Assembly: GCA_040902925.1 (NCBI GenBank)
Contig: JBBDWJ010000365.1
Span: forward strand, 1-59,307
Length of the DNA stretch: 59,307 nucleotides
DNA from: Bryobacterales bacterium
Lineage (GTDB): Bacteria; Acidobacteriota; Terriglobia; Bryobacterales; UBA6623
Direction: 5' to 3'
Positions 1 to 9,800 of this stretch are shown one piece after another. The position numbers were made by a program, and so were the translations under genes. The notes beneath the pieces are model-generated. The model saw nothing but the letters and a program-made list of their open reading frames with translations. It ran no database searches and was not told the DNA's origin. Each line of letters opens with the position of its first letter. Positions within the stretch are counted from its first letter, which is position 1.

Positions 1-220
1 TCACCAGGGGTATAAGCCGGTCACCAGCTTTCCTGCAGTGTACCCGCGATCGCCTTCAGAATGTGCTCCCCACCCTTGCGGGTAGGGCTCGGATCGCCTC
101 CGGCGATGGATTGGCCCCAGCGCCACGCCAAACCGAAACCAGCGCAAGATCACGACAGTATCCGACGGACCCCCTCCGCGAATCCCGCGATAATAAAACC
201 AGCTTCGGACAATGACCTGA

Positions 221-2062
221 ATGGCCTATCCCGCACATTGGGAGCAACTCAAGGAGCGGGCTGCGTCGCTGCCTGCCTCGCCCGGGGTGTATCTCTACAA
301 AGACGGCGCCGGCCGCATCATCTACGTCGGCAAGGCCAAGAGCTTGCGCGACCGCGTGCGCAGCTACTTTCTCGAGGAAAAATTCGCCGACGCCAAAACC
401 GGCAGCTTGCTTTCCGAGGCGCGCGATGTCGAGTACATCGCCGTCGCCAACGAGAAAGAAGCGCTGGCGCTGGAAAACAATCTCATCAAGCAGCGCAAGC
501 CGCGCTTCAATATTCTGCTGCGCGACGACAAGACCTATCCCTACATCAAGCTGACAAAGGAGCGCTTCCCGCGTGTTTACGTTACGCGGCGCCTCAAAAA
601 AGACGGCTCGACGTACTTCGGGCCGTATTTTCCGGCCAACCTGGCCCATCGGCTGGTGAACTTCATCCATCGCTATTTCAAGATTCCCTCGTGCCGGGTC
701 GATCTGACGCGTTTTCACCCGCGGCCGTGCCTCGAATATCACATCCACCGCTGCTGGGGTCCTTGCGTGGAAGGCCTGACGACCGACGAGAACTACGAGG
801 GCGCCGTGCAGGACGTGCGTAGGTTTCTGGACGGCCGGCAGAACGAGCTCGTCAAAGATTTGCGGTCGCGAATGCAGGCGGCATCCGACCGCACCGAATT
901 CGAGCAGGCAGCCGCGATGCGCGATTTGATCTCGACCGTCGAAGAGATGCAAGAGCGGCAGAGAATTGCCGCCGCCGAAGGCCGCGATGTCGATATTTAT
1001 GGCTTTCACGCCGAACCGCCGCTGGTTGCCGCGAACCTGTTTCACGTTCGCAACGGTAGAGTCGTCGACCGCCGCGAGTTTTTTTGGGAGGACCTCCATC
1101 AGTTCGAGCCTTCGGAGTTTCTCTCGTCGCTGATCAAGCAGATTTACCTCGACCGCGAATACGTGCCGTCGCTGATCCACGTGCCGGCCGAGTTCGAGGA
1201 TCAGGCTCTGCTCGAAGAGTTTCTGAGCGAAAAGCGCGGCCGCAAAGTTGAGATCACGATTCCGCAGCGCGGCTCGAAAAAGGCCATGCTCGACCTGGTC
1301 GTGCAAAACGCGCGCCACGCCTTCGAGCAACGATTCCGGATTCTTAAGCCGACGTCCAAACAAGTCATGGACGCGCTGACGGACGCCCTGAACCTGCCCG
1401 AATCGCCCGAGCGCATCGAGTGCTTCGATATCTCCCACATTCAAGGCAGCGACACGGTAGCTTCGATGGTGGTGTGGGAGAAGGGCAGGATGAAGAAAGC
1501 CGACTACCGCAAGTTCATCATCCGCGACGTGGCCGGCGTGGACGACTTCGCGTCGATGCGCGAAGCAGTTACCCGGCGCTATCGCCGCGTGCAGGAGGAG
1601 AAGCAGCCGATGCCGGGCCTGGTGCTTGTAGATGGGGGCATCGGGCAGCTCCATTCCGCCGCGGCCGCGCTGGAAGCGTTGGGCATCATCAATCAGCCGC
1701 TGGCCGCGATCGCCAAGCGCGAAGAAACAATTTTCGTTTTCGGGCAAGAAGACGAGCCGGTGCAGCTCGACCGCTTCTCCCCCATCCTGCACCTGGTGCA
1801 GCTCATTCGCGACGAAGCCCACCGTTTCGCAGTCAGCTTCCACCGCCAGCGCCGCGGAGCGCGGCAATTGACCACGGCGCTGCTCGAAATTCCGGGCATC
1901 GGCGAGAAGACAGCCCGCAAGCTGCTCAAGACCTTTGGAAGCATCGAGCAACTGCGACAAACCAACCTGGAAGATCTGGCCGCGGTAGTCAATCGAGCGC
2001 AAGCCGAACGGATTCAGGAATTTCTTACCCGACAACAGCAGGTGCCAGGTGTCAGGTGTTAG
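221..2062 (+). CDS. uvrC: Excinuclease ABC subunit C (UvrC)
   Basis: 613-aa ORF. N-terminal GIY-YIG motif (GVYLYKD..IIYVGKAKSLRDRVRSYF) and C-terminal helix-hairpin-helix (IPGIGEKTARKLLKTFGS). The last ~8 codons (QQQVPGVRC) read into a heptamer repeat array. Confidence 0.95.
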   Translation: MAYPAHWEQLKERAASLPASPGVYLYKDGAGRIIYVGKAKSLRDRVRSYFLEEKFADAKTGSLLSEARDVEYIAVANEKEALALENNLIKQRKPRFNILLRDDKTYPYIKLTKERFPRVYVTRRLKKDGSTYFGPYFPANLAHRLVNFIHRYFKIPSCRVDLTRFHPRPCLEYHIHRCWGPCVEGLTTDENYEGAVQDVRRFLDGRQNELVKDLRSRMQAASDRTEFEQAAAMRDLISTVEEMQERQRIAAAEGRDVDIYGFHAEPPLVAANLFHVRNGRVVDRREFFWEDLHQFEPSEFLSSLIKQIYLDREYVPSLIHVPAEFEDQALLEEFLSEKRGRKVEITIPQRGSKKAMLDLVVQNARHAFEQRFRILKPTSKQVMDALTDALNLPESPERIECFDISHIQGSDTVASMVVWEKGRMKKADYRKFIIRDVAGVDDFASMREAVTRRYRRVQEEKQPMPGLVLVDGGIGQLHSAAAALEALGIINQPLAAIAKREETIFVFGQEDEPVQLDRFSPILHLVQLIRDEAHRFAVSFHRQRRGARQLTTALLEIPGIGEKTARKLLKTFGSIEQLRQTNLEDLAAVVNRAQAERIQEFLTRQQQVPGVRC

Positions 2063-2224
2063 GTGTTAGGAGTCAGGTGCCGCGTGTCAGGGGTCAGGTG
2101 CGAGGTGCAAGGGAAGCGCCGGTATGCGAGGCATTAAGGTTGCGTCATCTCGACGGCCCGAAGCGTAGCGAAGGTACAAACACGACCCCGACACCTGACA
2201 CCCGGCACCTGAAACCTGCCCCCT
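2039..2224. repeat. Imperfect long palindrome built from 7-nt tandem units (CAGGTGY array facing an inverted GACACCT-type array)
   Basis: Ten consecutive 7-nt units (caggtgc caggtgt caggtgt taggtgt taggagt caggtgc cgcgtgt caggggt caggtgc gaggtgc) at 2039-2108. Inverted units lie at 2190-2224. The best arms, 2073-2095 and 2190-2212, are complementary at 21 of 23 positions and are separated by 94 nt. Confidence 0.65.
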
Positions 2225-2484
2225 GCCTTACTCCCCCGACCCCAGGACTGCCGGCACAAGCATCATCAGTAGGTTTCCCTAGTCCGTCTTCTGCGCAACG
2301 GGACCTACCTGTGGCCGTTTGCCCCTCAAAACATGGGCAACGCCGGTCAATTTCGACTCCTTGCGAAGCGGCGATAGTACGCCGCGTAAGGTCTACCTCC
2401 TATTTGTGCGTCCCAATCCCGCTGTGAGGCGAAAACCCGATTACCCCGCGAGTACTACCTGTACTAAGTTGAAACCTGATAACC

Positions 2485-5400
2485 GTGAACCCCACGCTCC
2501 AAATCGCCCACGGCGAGGGGCGGCGCATCGACATCTGCTTTACGAGCAGTTCCTCGGATCGGCGAGCCGCGTCGACCCATCTGGATTTTTCTCTTGGCCT
2601 GAAAGAGCAGGACGGCCTGCGCTGGTATTGGGAGGACTATCTAGAACACCCCAACCGCACGGCGCGCCAGATGGCTGCTGAGGTCGAAAGACAACTGCAG
2701 CAACTCGGCGAGCGGCTCTTCCAACGCGTCTTCAACGGCAGTGACGCGCAACAGATCTGGGCCGATGTTGCGCCCGCGTTGGCCGACACGGTGATCGAGA
2801 TTGTCGTCTCCGGCGATTCCTCGGCGACGATTCCCTGGGAGCTGTTGAGGGATCCGCTGACCGGCGCGACTCTCTCGACCAAATCGCATTCGTTCGTTCG
2901 CCGCCTTGCTTCAAAAGCTGGCAGCCACGTGGCGGATGCGAATGGGCCCGATGCGAACGAGCCCGGCGGGGGGCCGCTCCGCATTTTGTTGGTGAGCTGC
3001 CAGCCGCCGGGACCAGCCGATCCCCCCTTTCGCTCGGCCGCCCGGTTGCTCGTCAACAGCCTTGCAAGTCAGCCGCATTCGTCCCTGGTTCTCGAAGTGC
3101 TGCGCCCGCCGACCTTCGGCCAGCTCACGAGCATCTTGCTGGAAGCCGAGGCGCTCGGCGAGCCCTATCATGTGCTGCACTTCGACGGGCACGCCGTCGC
3201 CGCCGACATTGAGTTGCATGGCATTCCGGCCGAGCTTCCCCAAGGCGCGGGGCAAGTGCCTTGTACGGGAACGCTGCCCGGTCTCCACGGCTACATGGTT
3301 TTCGACTATCCCACGCGCGAACAAACCGTTCAGCTCGTCGATGGGCGCTCGATGGGCGAGCTTCTTGCGGAAGCCTGCGTTCCGACCCTGGTGCTGAATG
3401 CCTGCCAGCCTTCGCGAACGAAGGACGCGGCGGCGACGGCGGGCGGCAATGTCCGCAAGACCACGGCGCTGGCTTTTGAGTCTCTGGCGCGCGACGTTCA
3501 ATCGCAGGGCGTCAACGCCGTCGTACAGCTTCCGTATCACCTGGGGCCGGTTGCGTCGGCGCAATGGCTGGAACAGATCTACCTCGCTTTGGCGAAGGGG
3601 GATTCGGTTTCCGAGGCCGCAACCGCTGGGCGCCGCCGCCTTCAACAAGACGAGCGGCTTCAGATCAGCTACGGGCCGGTGCGCCGCGAGGATTGGCCAG
3701 CCGCGGTGGTCCACGAATACCAACCACTGCCTCTGGTGCGCAGACCTCCCGCCGAGCCGCGGCCGTCCGAGGACGACGAAGAGCCGTCGTCATCCCCCGA
3801 GGTCAACGCATCTCCGGCGGGTAAGCCAGGCGACGAGCTGCTCGATCCCGTGCTGCCTCCCCGCCCGGCGACCGGTTTCCTCGGCCGCGACGATACGATT
3901 CTGGCGATCGAGCGTGCGCTATCCGCGAAGCCACTGGTGTTGCTGCACGGCGAAGTGGGCGCCGGCAAGACAACCACCGCGGCGGAGTTTGCCCGCTGGT
4001 ACGCAGCAACGGGAGGCGTCGAAGGGCCTGTCCTTTACACGTCGTTTGAGCACTACCACCCGCTCAGCTCGCTTCTCGATCAACTGGGGACCGTGTTCCG
4101 GGCTTCGATGGAAGCGGCCGGAATCCAATGGCGGTCGATGTCGCAGGAAGACCGGCGGCAGGCGGCGCTGCAAGTGCTCGAGCAAATTCCCGTTCTGTGG
4201 ATCTGGGACTCGGTTGATGGCCTCAGTGAAAGCGGCGCGGCGTCGCCGGAATGGACTCTGGAGGAGCAACAGAAGGTCGCCGAGTTCCTGCGCCAGGCGA
4301 CGGAAACGCAGGCCAAATTTCTGCTGACCTCTCGCGGGCTGCTCCACGATTGGCTGGGTCCGTTGGCGGTGCGTATCCCGCTCGGCCCGCTGCCGTTGTG
4401 GGACGGCCTGCAACTCACGCGGGTGCTGGTCGAGCAGAAGGGTTGTTGGCCGCCTGATATCGACAGTTGGCGGCCGTTGCTCGAATTTGCAGCCGGCAAC
4501 CCGCTTACGATTCAGGCGCTGGTGACCGAGTCGCTGCGAAAGGGGCTCCGCGCGCCCGCGCAGTTCGAAGAGTTCGTGCGCGAAGTTGCCGCGCAGCCGG
4601 GTGTGCTCGCGGCGGGGGACGCCGGCTCCAGCCCGCCCGCGAATCTGGGATCTTCGCTGAGTTATCTTTTGCGCAAGACCTTCGACGAAGACGAGCGCTC
4701 GCTGCTGGCTCTGCTTCACCTGTTCCGCGGCTCCGTAAATGTTGAGTTACTGGAAAGCATGAGGGCGCAGCCGGAGGTGTGGAGCCCCAAGGACCTGACG
4801 CAGGGCGCGACACGCCGCCAGGTTCGTCCCTTCCCGCAGGCGCCGCCAGCGGCGATTCTCGATCGTGCGGCGTCTTACGGGCTGCTGCGGCGGATTGGCG
4901 ATGGCGCTTACTCGATTCACTCCGCGCTCGACCGGGCTTCGCTGCAAATTTTTGCCGAACACTTCCCGGCGGCAAAGAAACCTCGGGTCTGGAACCAAAT
5001 GGCCGACCGCGCGGCCGCCGTCGCCGCAGGCGCTCGCGCGGCCGACGATTCCCATGGCGAAACCGCTGGCCCTCCTCGGGGTCCAGCCGGCGCGGTCGTT
5101 GGAGCGCTAACAGGACTGGGCGAACACGGCAGCTTGACACCCTTCGGTCAGCACGCCCCGCCCGAGATGGGGCCCAACCTACGCGCCAGGTATGCGTACG
5201 TGCAGGCCCTCAGCCGCTTCGGAGCCGAGCGCTTCCGCCGCGTTCGCGACGGGTCCTTCGAAGCCGTCACCGAATTAGCCGCTCAGGAGCCCAACCTGCG
5301 CCACGCTTGCCGGATGGCCGGCGACGAGCAATGGTGGGGACCCGCTGCCGGAATCGCCGAGGGACTCGGCACACTCTATGAAACCGACGGACGGCTCAGC

Positions 5401-6390
5401 GAGTGGGAAGGCATGGTCGAAGGGCTCTGTGCGTTGTGCACCGATGGTTCGGGGACTACGGCCAAGTCCGGGCGCGAGCGGCTGTGGCGCACCATCACCG
5501 AGCAGAACGTGAAAATCGCGCGGCAGCGCGAGCATCTGCCCCGGGCCGAGCACCTGCAACGCCTTTGCGTCGATTGGGACCGCCGCCAGGTTGAGCCGCT
5601 ATACGACGCTGCCGCGGAAGCACCCGATCCGGCAAATGCCGGGAAGGTCCGCACGCTCGCCGAGTCGCTGTTCCACCTGAGCGGAATCCTTCGCGAGGAG
5701 GGCACGCCGGCGATCACGGTGGAGGAAGAAGCCATCGAATTGCGCGAGCGGCTGGGCGAAAAGCAACAGGCTTCGATGTGGGCGTTCGAGCTGGGCGGGA
5801 TCTACATGGAAACGCCCGCCGTGCGCAATCTGGCCCAAGCCGAGCGATGGTTGAAGCGCAGCCTCGAGCTGATCCGCGACGATGACCGCGCCGCCAAGGC
5901 GGAGTGCCTGGCTGCTCTCGGCCGCGCCGCCTGGGAGCGTTTTAATGAGGCCCGCAAGGGAAACTCCCCTGAGGCCGAACTGCGCCGCCATCTCAGCACC
6001 GACCGTCAGTACTATCAAACCGCCCTGGAACACGACCTGCCAGCGGACTGGGCCAAGCTCGCCAGCCACAACCAGCAGCTCGGCCACGTTTCCTACTCCT
6101 TGGGAGACATCGACCGCGCGCTGCCGCACTACCGCGAGTCGATCCGCTGCGACGAGCTGCACGGCAACACCTTCGGCGCCGCGCACACGCGGTTCAATCT
6201 CGCGATCGCGCTGCGCGATGTTGACCGCCTCGCCGAGGCCCGCAAGTTCGCGCGCGCCGCGCAGGAGGAGTTTGAGGATTTGGGTAGCCCCGCCAAAGGC
6301 ATGCTCGAACGCTGCGAGAAACTGATCGCGAATATCGAAGAGCGGCTGAGGGTGAAGCGGCGCGAGCGGGGCGTGTTGAACGGCGGATAA
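2485..6390 (+). CDS. CHAT (caspase-like protease) - NB-ARC/STAND P-loop NTPase - winged helix - TPR multidomain protein
   Basis: 1301-aa ORF. CHAT-type motifs: IPWELL, LRILLVSC, His motif HVLHFDGHAV (His codon 3190-3192), Cys motif LVLNACQPS (Cys codon 3403-3405). Walker A GEVGAGKTT (3949-3975), Walker B-like VLWIWDSVD, TSR motif FLLTSRG, GxP motif AAGNPLTIQAL. WH-like segment LLALLHLFRGS..LDRAASYGLLRRIGDGAYSIHSAL. The C-terminal ~400 aa are helical TPR-like repeats (e.g. LGHVSYSLGDIDRALPHYRESI, NLAIALRDVDRLAEARKFARAA). Confidence 0.85.
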   Translation: MNPTLQIAHGEGRRIDICFTSSSSDRRAASTHLDFSLGLKEQDGLRWYWEDYLEHPNRTARQMAAEVERQLQQLGERLFQRVFNGSDAQQIWADVAPALADTVIEIVVSGDSSATIPWELLRDPLTGATLSTKSHSFVRRLASKAGSHVADANGPDANEPGGGPLRILLVSCQPPGPADPPFRSAARLLVNSLASQPHSSLVLEVLRPPTFGQLTSILLEAEALGEPYHVLHFDGHAVAADIELHGIPAELPQGAGQVPCTGTLPGLHGYMVFDYPTREQTVQLVDGRSMGELLAEACVPTLVLNACQPSRTKDAAATAGGNVRKTTALAFESLARDVQSQGVNAVVQLPYHLGPVASAQWLEQIYLALAKGDSVSEAATAGRRRLQQDERLQISYGPVRREDWPAAVVHEYQPLPLVRRPPAEPRPSEDDEEPSSSPEVNASPAGKPGDELLDPVLPPRPATGFLGRDDTILAIERALSAKPLVLLHGEVGAGKTTTAAEFARWYAATGGVEGPVLYTSFEHYHPLSSLLDQLGTVFRASMEAAGIQWRSMSQEDRRQAALQVLEQIPVLWIWDSVDGLSESGAASPEWTLEEQQKVAEFLRQATETQAKFLLTSRGLLHDWLGPLAVRIPLGPLPLWDGLQLTRVLVEQKGCWPPDIDSWRPLLEFAAGNPLTIQALVTESLRKGLRAPAQFEEFVREVAAQPGVLAAGDAGSSPPANLGSSLSYLLRKTFDEDERSLLALLHLFRGSVNVELLESMRAQPEVWSPKDLTQGATRRQVRPFPQAPPAAILDRAASYGLLRRIGDGAYSIHSALDRASLQIFAEHFPAAKKPRVWNQMADRAAAVAAGARAADDSHGETAGPPRGPAGAVVGALTGLGEHGSLTPFGQHAPPEMGPNLRARYAYVQALSRFGAERFRRVRDGSFEAVTELAAQEPNLRHACRMAGDEQWWGPAAGIAEGLGTLYETDGRLSEWEGMVEGLCALCTDGSGTTAKSGRERLWRTITEQNVKIARQREHLPRAEHLQRLCVDWDRRQVEPLYDAAAEAPDPANAGKVRTLAESLFHLSGILREEGTPAITVEEEAIELRERLGEKQQASMWAFELGGIYMETPAVRNLAQAERWLKRSLELIRDDDRAAKAECLAALGRAAWERFNEARKGNSPEAELRRHLSTDRQYYQTALEHDLPADWAKLASHNQQLGHVSYSLGDIDRALPHYRESIRCDELHGNTFGAAHTRFNLAIALRDVDRLAEARKFARAAQEEFEDLGSPAKGMLERCEKLIANIEERLRVKRRERGVLNGG

Positions 6391-6418
6391 TTGCGGCGGG
6401 TACGCGTCACGGAAAGGA

Positions 6419-6829
6419 TTATCGGAAGCCGCCCCGGCGCTCCGCTACTTCTGCAAGGATTTCATCGTGAGTCAGTAGCTTGCCGCCTTTTGCCTCGTAC
6501 TCTTCGGCTAGCTCGCGTAGCTTTTCTGCCGCCATCACAACGGCAGTAGCGCGGGCGCGGACTTCGTTTTTGAGCTCTGCCTTCAAGCTCTCATCCAGAG
6601 ATTCATCCATAAGGCTGTGGAGTGCACGGCACAGGTTGTTCACTAGGTGCCGGACGTCGCGCTGCGTATAGTTGAATCTTGCTGATTTAAGATCCTGCCG
6701 GATTCCTTCAACCGAGGCGTTGCCCTCGTGCTTGGAGAGAACCTGTAGCAAGGCGTCGAATAGATCCAGATTGCCATCTATTGCACGATCCATTACGTTA
6801 TTATCCCACCCTGAAACGCGGAGTATCAT
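6419..6829 (-). CDS. Hypothetical all-helical 136-aa protein
   Basis: The ORF is visibly more AT-rich than its neighbours. Its ATG overlaps the stop of the upstream lplT-aas fusion gene (ATGA, 6826-6829); an alternative ATG lies at 6793. I recognise no domain. The C-terminus is KLLTHDEILAEVAERRGGFR. Confidence 0.5.
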   Translation of the reverse strand: MILRVSGWDNNVMDRAIDGNLDLFDALLQVLSKHEGNASVEGIRQDLKSARFNYTQRDVRHLVNNLCRALHSLMDESLDESLKAELKNEVRARATAVVMAAEKLRELAEEYEAKGGKLLTHDEILAEVAERRGGFR

Positions 6830-9800
6830 CTCGTCATCAGAGATGGTCCGTAGTTCGCCGCCATGTGACGCAACTTCTTTAGATCAAGTTTACCGCTGCC
6901 AAGAATCGGGATCTCATCGATGCAGCGAACGTTTTCCCGGCGTGGCACCCACAGCTTGGGCAACTCGCTCGCGGCGAGGCGCTTCCACAGTTCGTCAGAC
7001 GAAAAATCCGCTGAGCTGTAGAAGACAACCAGTTGTTCGCCTTTGCGGTCGTCGGGTATCGCCGTCACCGCGCACGGCGCGCCATTCAAGGCTTCGGTGG
7101 CTATCTCTTCCACGCGAATGTGCGGCACCATTTCGCCGCCGATCTTGCTGAACCGCGCCAGGCGGTCGGTGATGCGCACGAAGCCGTCTTCGTCGACCGT
7201 TGCGATGTCGCCAGTGATGTACCAGCCATCGCGAACGGCCTCGCTGGTTTTTTCCGGCTGACCGAGGTACCCCATCATGCGGTTGGGGCCTTTGACCAGC
7301 AGCATCCCTTCGCGGTTCGCGGGAAGGGCCTCGCTGCTTTCCAAACTCGCATCGAAATCTACGACGGCTTCGGGATCCACCACCTTCACTGCGACTCCGG
7401 GCAGCGGATGGCCCACGCTGCCTTCCTTCCGGCCGCTCTGCCGGATTCGCCCATCGACCACGTCGGGACGGCTCACGGAAATCACCGGGGCCATCTCGGT
7501 CGCGCCATAACCTTCCATCAACTCGATGCCGTACTTGTCGCGAAACTCGCGCGCCAAAGGCTGGCGCAGTTTTTCCGCGCCCACCAGCGCCAGCCGCAGC
7601 GTCGAGAACTGCTCGGCCGTACACTTGCGCACGTAAGCCGCGTAGAAAGTCGGCGTCGCCATCATCAGCGTGGCCCGATGGCGGGCAACTACCTCGCCGA
7701 TCGTTTTCGCGTCCATCGGATTAGCGTGATAGCAAGCTCCCACGCCCGTAGTCAGCGGTAGCCACAACGTCGCTGTGAATCCGAACGAATGGAAAAACGG
7801 CAGCACGCCCATAAAGCGGTCGCCCTTCTCTAAAGAAAAAAGCTGCCGCATCGCCTCCAGGTTCGAGATGACGTTGTGGTGCGAGAGCATGACCCCTTTG
7901 GGCTGCCCGGTGCTGCCGCTCGAAAAGATCACCGTCGCCAGAGACCGCGAATCGCCAGCGCCGCGATGGATAGCTGTGAGGGCCGGCGCCGGCAGAAGAA
8001 AAGCCGCTGCAGCGCTGGACGCCTTCTCAAACACGGTGATCTCGCGGAGCATGTCCTCCAAGAAAACCATGCCCTGCATTTCCGCAATGCCCGCCTTCTT
8101 TACAAACAGACGCGAGGTTAGGATCGTTCGGATGGAACACTGCGCGACCGCCGACTCCATCGCCTCGCGCCCGGCGGTGAAGTTCAGATTGACCGGTATC
8201 TTGCCGGCCAGTAGGGTCGAGACGTTGGCCAGCGCGCCGCCGACCGATGCCGGCAACAGCAGCCCGATCATCTTTTCGCCCTGGCACATCGAGCGGATCT
8301 TTCGCGCCACGATCAGGCTACAGGTCAGCGCCTGCCCATACGTCAGTTGCTTGCCAGTCGAGTCCGCCATCGCCAACGAACGCCAGTTATGCTTCGCCGC
8401 GCGGACGAACTGCAGGTGCAGCAAATCGTCGGGCTGCCGGCGATGGTCCGCCGCCTCCGCGCCAAGCTCCAGCACAGCCTGGCGTACTTCGCGCGCGCTC
8501 GTCGAGGAAGGCAAAGGCGATCCAAACAGCACCGTCACCCGGTTCGGCACGCCGCGCAGGCGTTTCCAAAAGGAGCGTCCCCGGGCGAAGCTGAACAGGC
8601 TGCCCCACACGCCGTCGAGGTAAACAGGAATGATCGGCACATCGAGCCCGGCAACGATTCTCTCCAGCCCGCGCTTGAACGGCAGCAGGTTGCCGGTGCG
8701 GCTGATCTCTCCCTCGGGAAAAATACACACCACGTGTCCCTCGTGAAGTTCTTTACGTGCGCGTTCGAGCGACTCCATCACGTCGGAGCGGCTGCCGGCG
8801 GCTACCGGAATGGCGTGCATGCGCCGCAGAATCGTGTTCAAGCCGCGCTTCTCGAAATACGGCCGGAAAACCATGAAACGAATCAGACGTTGAACACAGG
8901 CGCCAACCAGAAAGCCATCCACGTAGGAGACATGATTCGCCACCAGCAGCGCCGGGCCGCGCGAGGGGATGTTCTCGCGGCCCACAATCTGAATGCGATA
9001 GAGCGTGTGCGTCGCCAGCCAAAGAACGAAGCGGGCAAGATACTCGGGGACAGTCTTGAGAACGTACAGCGTCGAGACCAGCGTCAGCATGCCCAGAATG
9101 CCGATGGCCTGCGCGGCGCCCAGGCCGGCCCAATCGTGCAGCACCCAGCAGAGCGCGGCGGCCAACAACATGCCGGCCGTGTTGAGGAAATTATTGGCGG
9201 CGAAGATCCGGCCGCGCTCGCGCTCCGGGCTGCGCGCCTGCAAGAACGACTGCAGCGGGACGATGAAAAAGCCGCCCGCAAGTCCCAACAGAATCAAAGC
9301 AGCCATTGCCGGCGCAAAGGTTTCGACCTGCGAGATCCACAAGCACGAAACGCCCATGCCGAACGCCCCCAGCGGCGCCAGACCCAGCTCCACCTTGTCA
9401 CCCGACCAGCGGCCGGCGATCATGCTGCCCACGCCGATGCCTAGAGCGATGCTCGTGACGAGCAGACTCGTGCTCAAATCGCCCGCGCCGATGACGCTCT
9501 TGCCGAACAGCAGCACGCTGATCTGCAGCGCCGCGCCCAGGAACCAGAAATAGGAAACGCCGAGGACGCACAACCACAACGGCCTGTCGCCTCGCACGAG
9601 CCGCAAACCGTCGGAAACCTCCGCCCAGGGATTCAGTCGGAACGGCTTCCGCGCCCCCGACGGCGGTACCCGCATGATGCGGAAGCTCGTCAGCAGCCCG
9701 GCAACGGCGACCGCGACAAGAACCAGCCCCAGCCGCCACGTTGCGCCGCCAGACGCCGCGAAAAGCAGCCCGCCGGCCGACGTCCCCAAAATGATCGCCA

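Noticed and set aside
56-2035. 659-aa ORF on the minus strand
   Set aside because: It is entirely antisense to the well-supported uvrC. Its composition is Arg/Ala/Gly-rich with no motifs, the typical high-GC shadow ORF. The same reasoning applies to 21493-22998(-), 27589-28956(+), 27890-29032(+), 33364-34095(-), 39812-40714(-), 42850-44142(+), 14838-15806(+) and similar antisense ORFs.
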